From: Chara braunii
Lineage: Eukaryota; Plantae; Charophyceae
Length of the DNA stretch: 64,000 nt
Assembly: GCA_003427395.1 (NCBI GenBank)
Contig: BFEA01000001.1
Coordinates: 12,264,031 to 12,328,030, forward strand
Direction of reading: 5' to 3'
Position 1 is the first letter of the stretch; every line of letters begins with the position of its first letter. The notes beneath the pieces are model-generated. The model did no database searches, was not told the origin of the DNA, and saw nothing but the letters and a program-made list of their open reading frames with translations. Positions 63,690 through 64,000 of this stretch are shown here, piece by piece. The translations under genes and the position numbers were made by a program.

Positions 63690-64000
63690 TCACCCGCCCC
63701 CATCATGAAAATCGTGAATAGACTTGAAGTGGTGAAAATCATGAATGGTATGAAAACACTCCCCCCCTGATGCATAAAGAACATTATTAAAATCATGAAC
63801 GAACCGGAAGTGGTGAAGATCATGAATGATTTTTACCCGCCTGAAAATCATGAATGGACCCGAAGTGGTAAAAATCATGAATAGTACGAAAGCACCGCCC
63901 CCCCTTGTGAATAAAAAGTATCATGAAAATTATGAATGAACCTGAAGTGGTGAAGATCATGAATGATTTAAAAGCACCTGCCCGACCAACGGGGGGTTGC
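63690..64000. repeat. Tandem repeats with gaagtggtgaaratcatgaat cores, probably running off the window
   Basis: Seen directly. Confidence 0.8.

Overview
This is a repeat-dense eukaryotic nuclear window with assembly gaps and no convincing intact host gene. Element types and composition suggest a streptophyte alga such as Chara (inference only). Recognisable elements are a decayed chromodomain Ty3/Gypsy retrotransposon (minus strand, ~5.5-14 kb), a Penelope-like element with N-terminal GIY-YIG plus RT, a pLTR, a target-site duplication and an upstream ORF1 (26.6-33.4 kb), an L1-like LINE 3' fragment, MITEs, a tRNA-derived SINE family, satellites and one Nextera adapter artefact. The most unusual signals are non-coding. 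(1) A multi-copy structured-RNA cassette (module b plus a terminal hairpin module a/c) brackets swappable cargo. Two copies carry a homologous AT-rich, formerly selected, unidentified ORF. (2) Two U6 snRNA-derived sequences are embedded in these regions: one behind a tRNA-like head, one within a ~2.7 kb hairpin-packed region. (3) A repeat-spacer array of 8-9 covarying AUCUUA stem-loops lies at 34.1-34.9 kb. (4) A GGGAAAC slippery site would join Penelope ORF1 to EN-RT by -1 frameshifting. All alignments and folds were done by eye.
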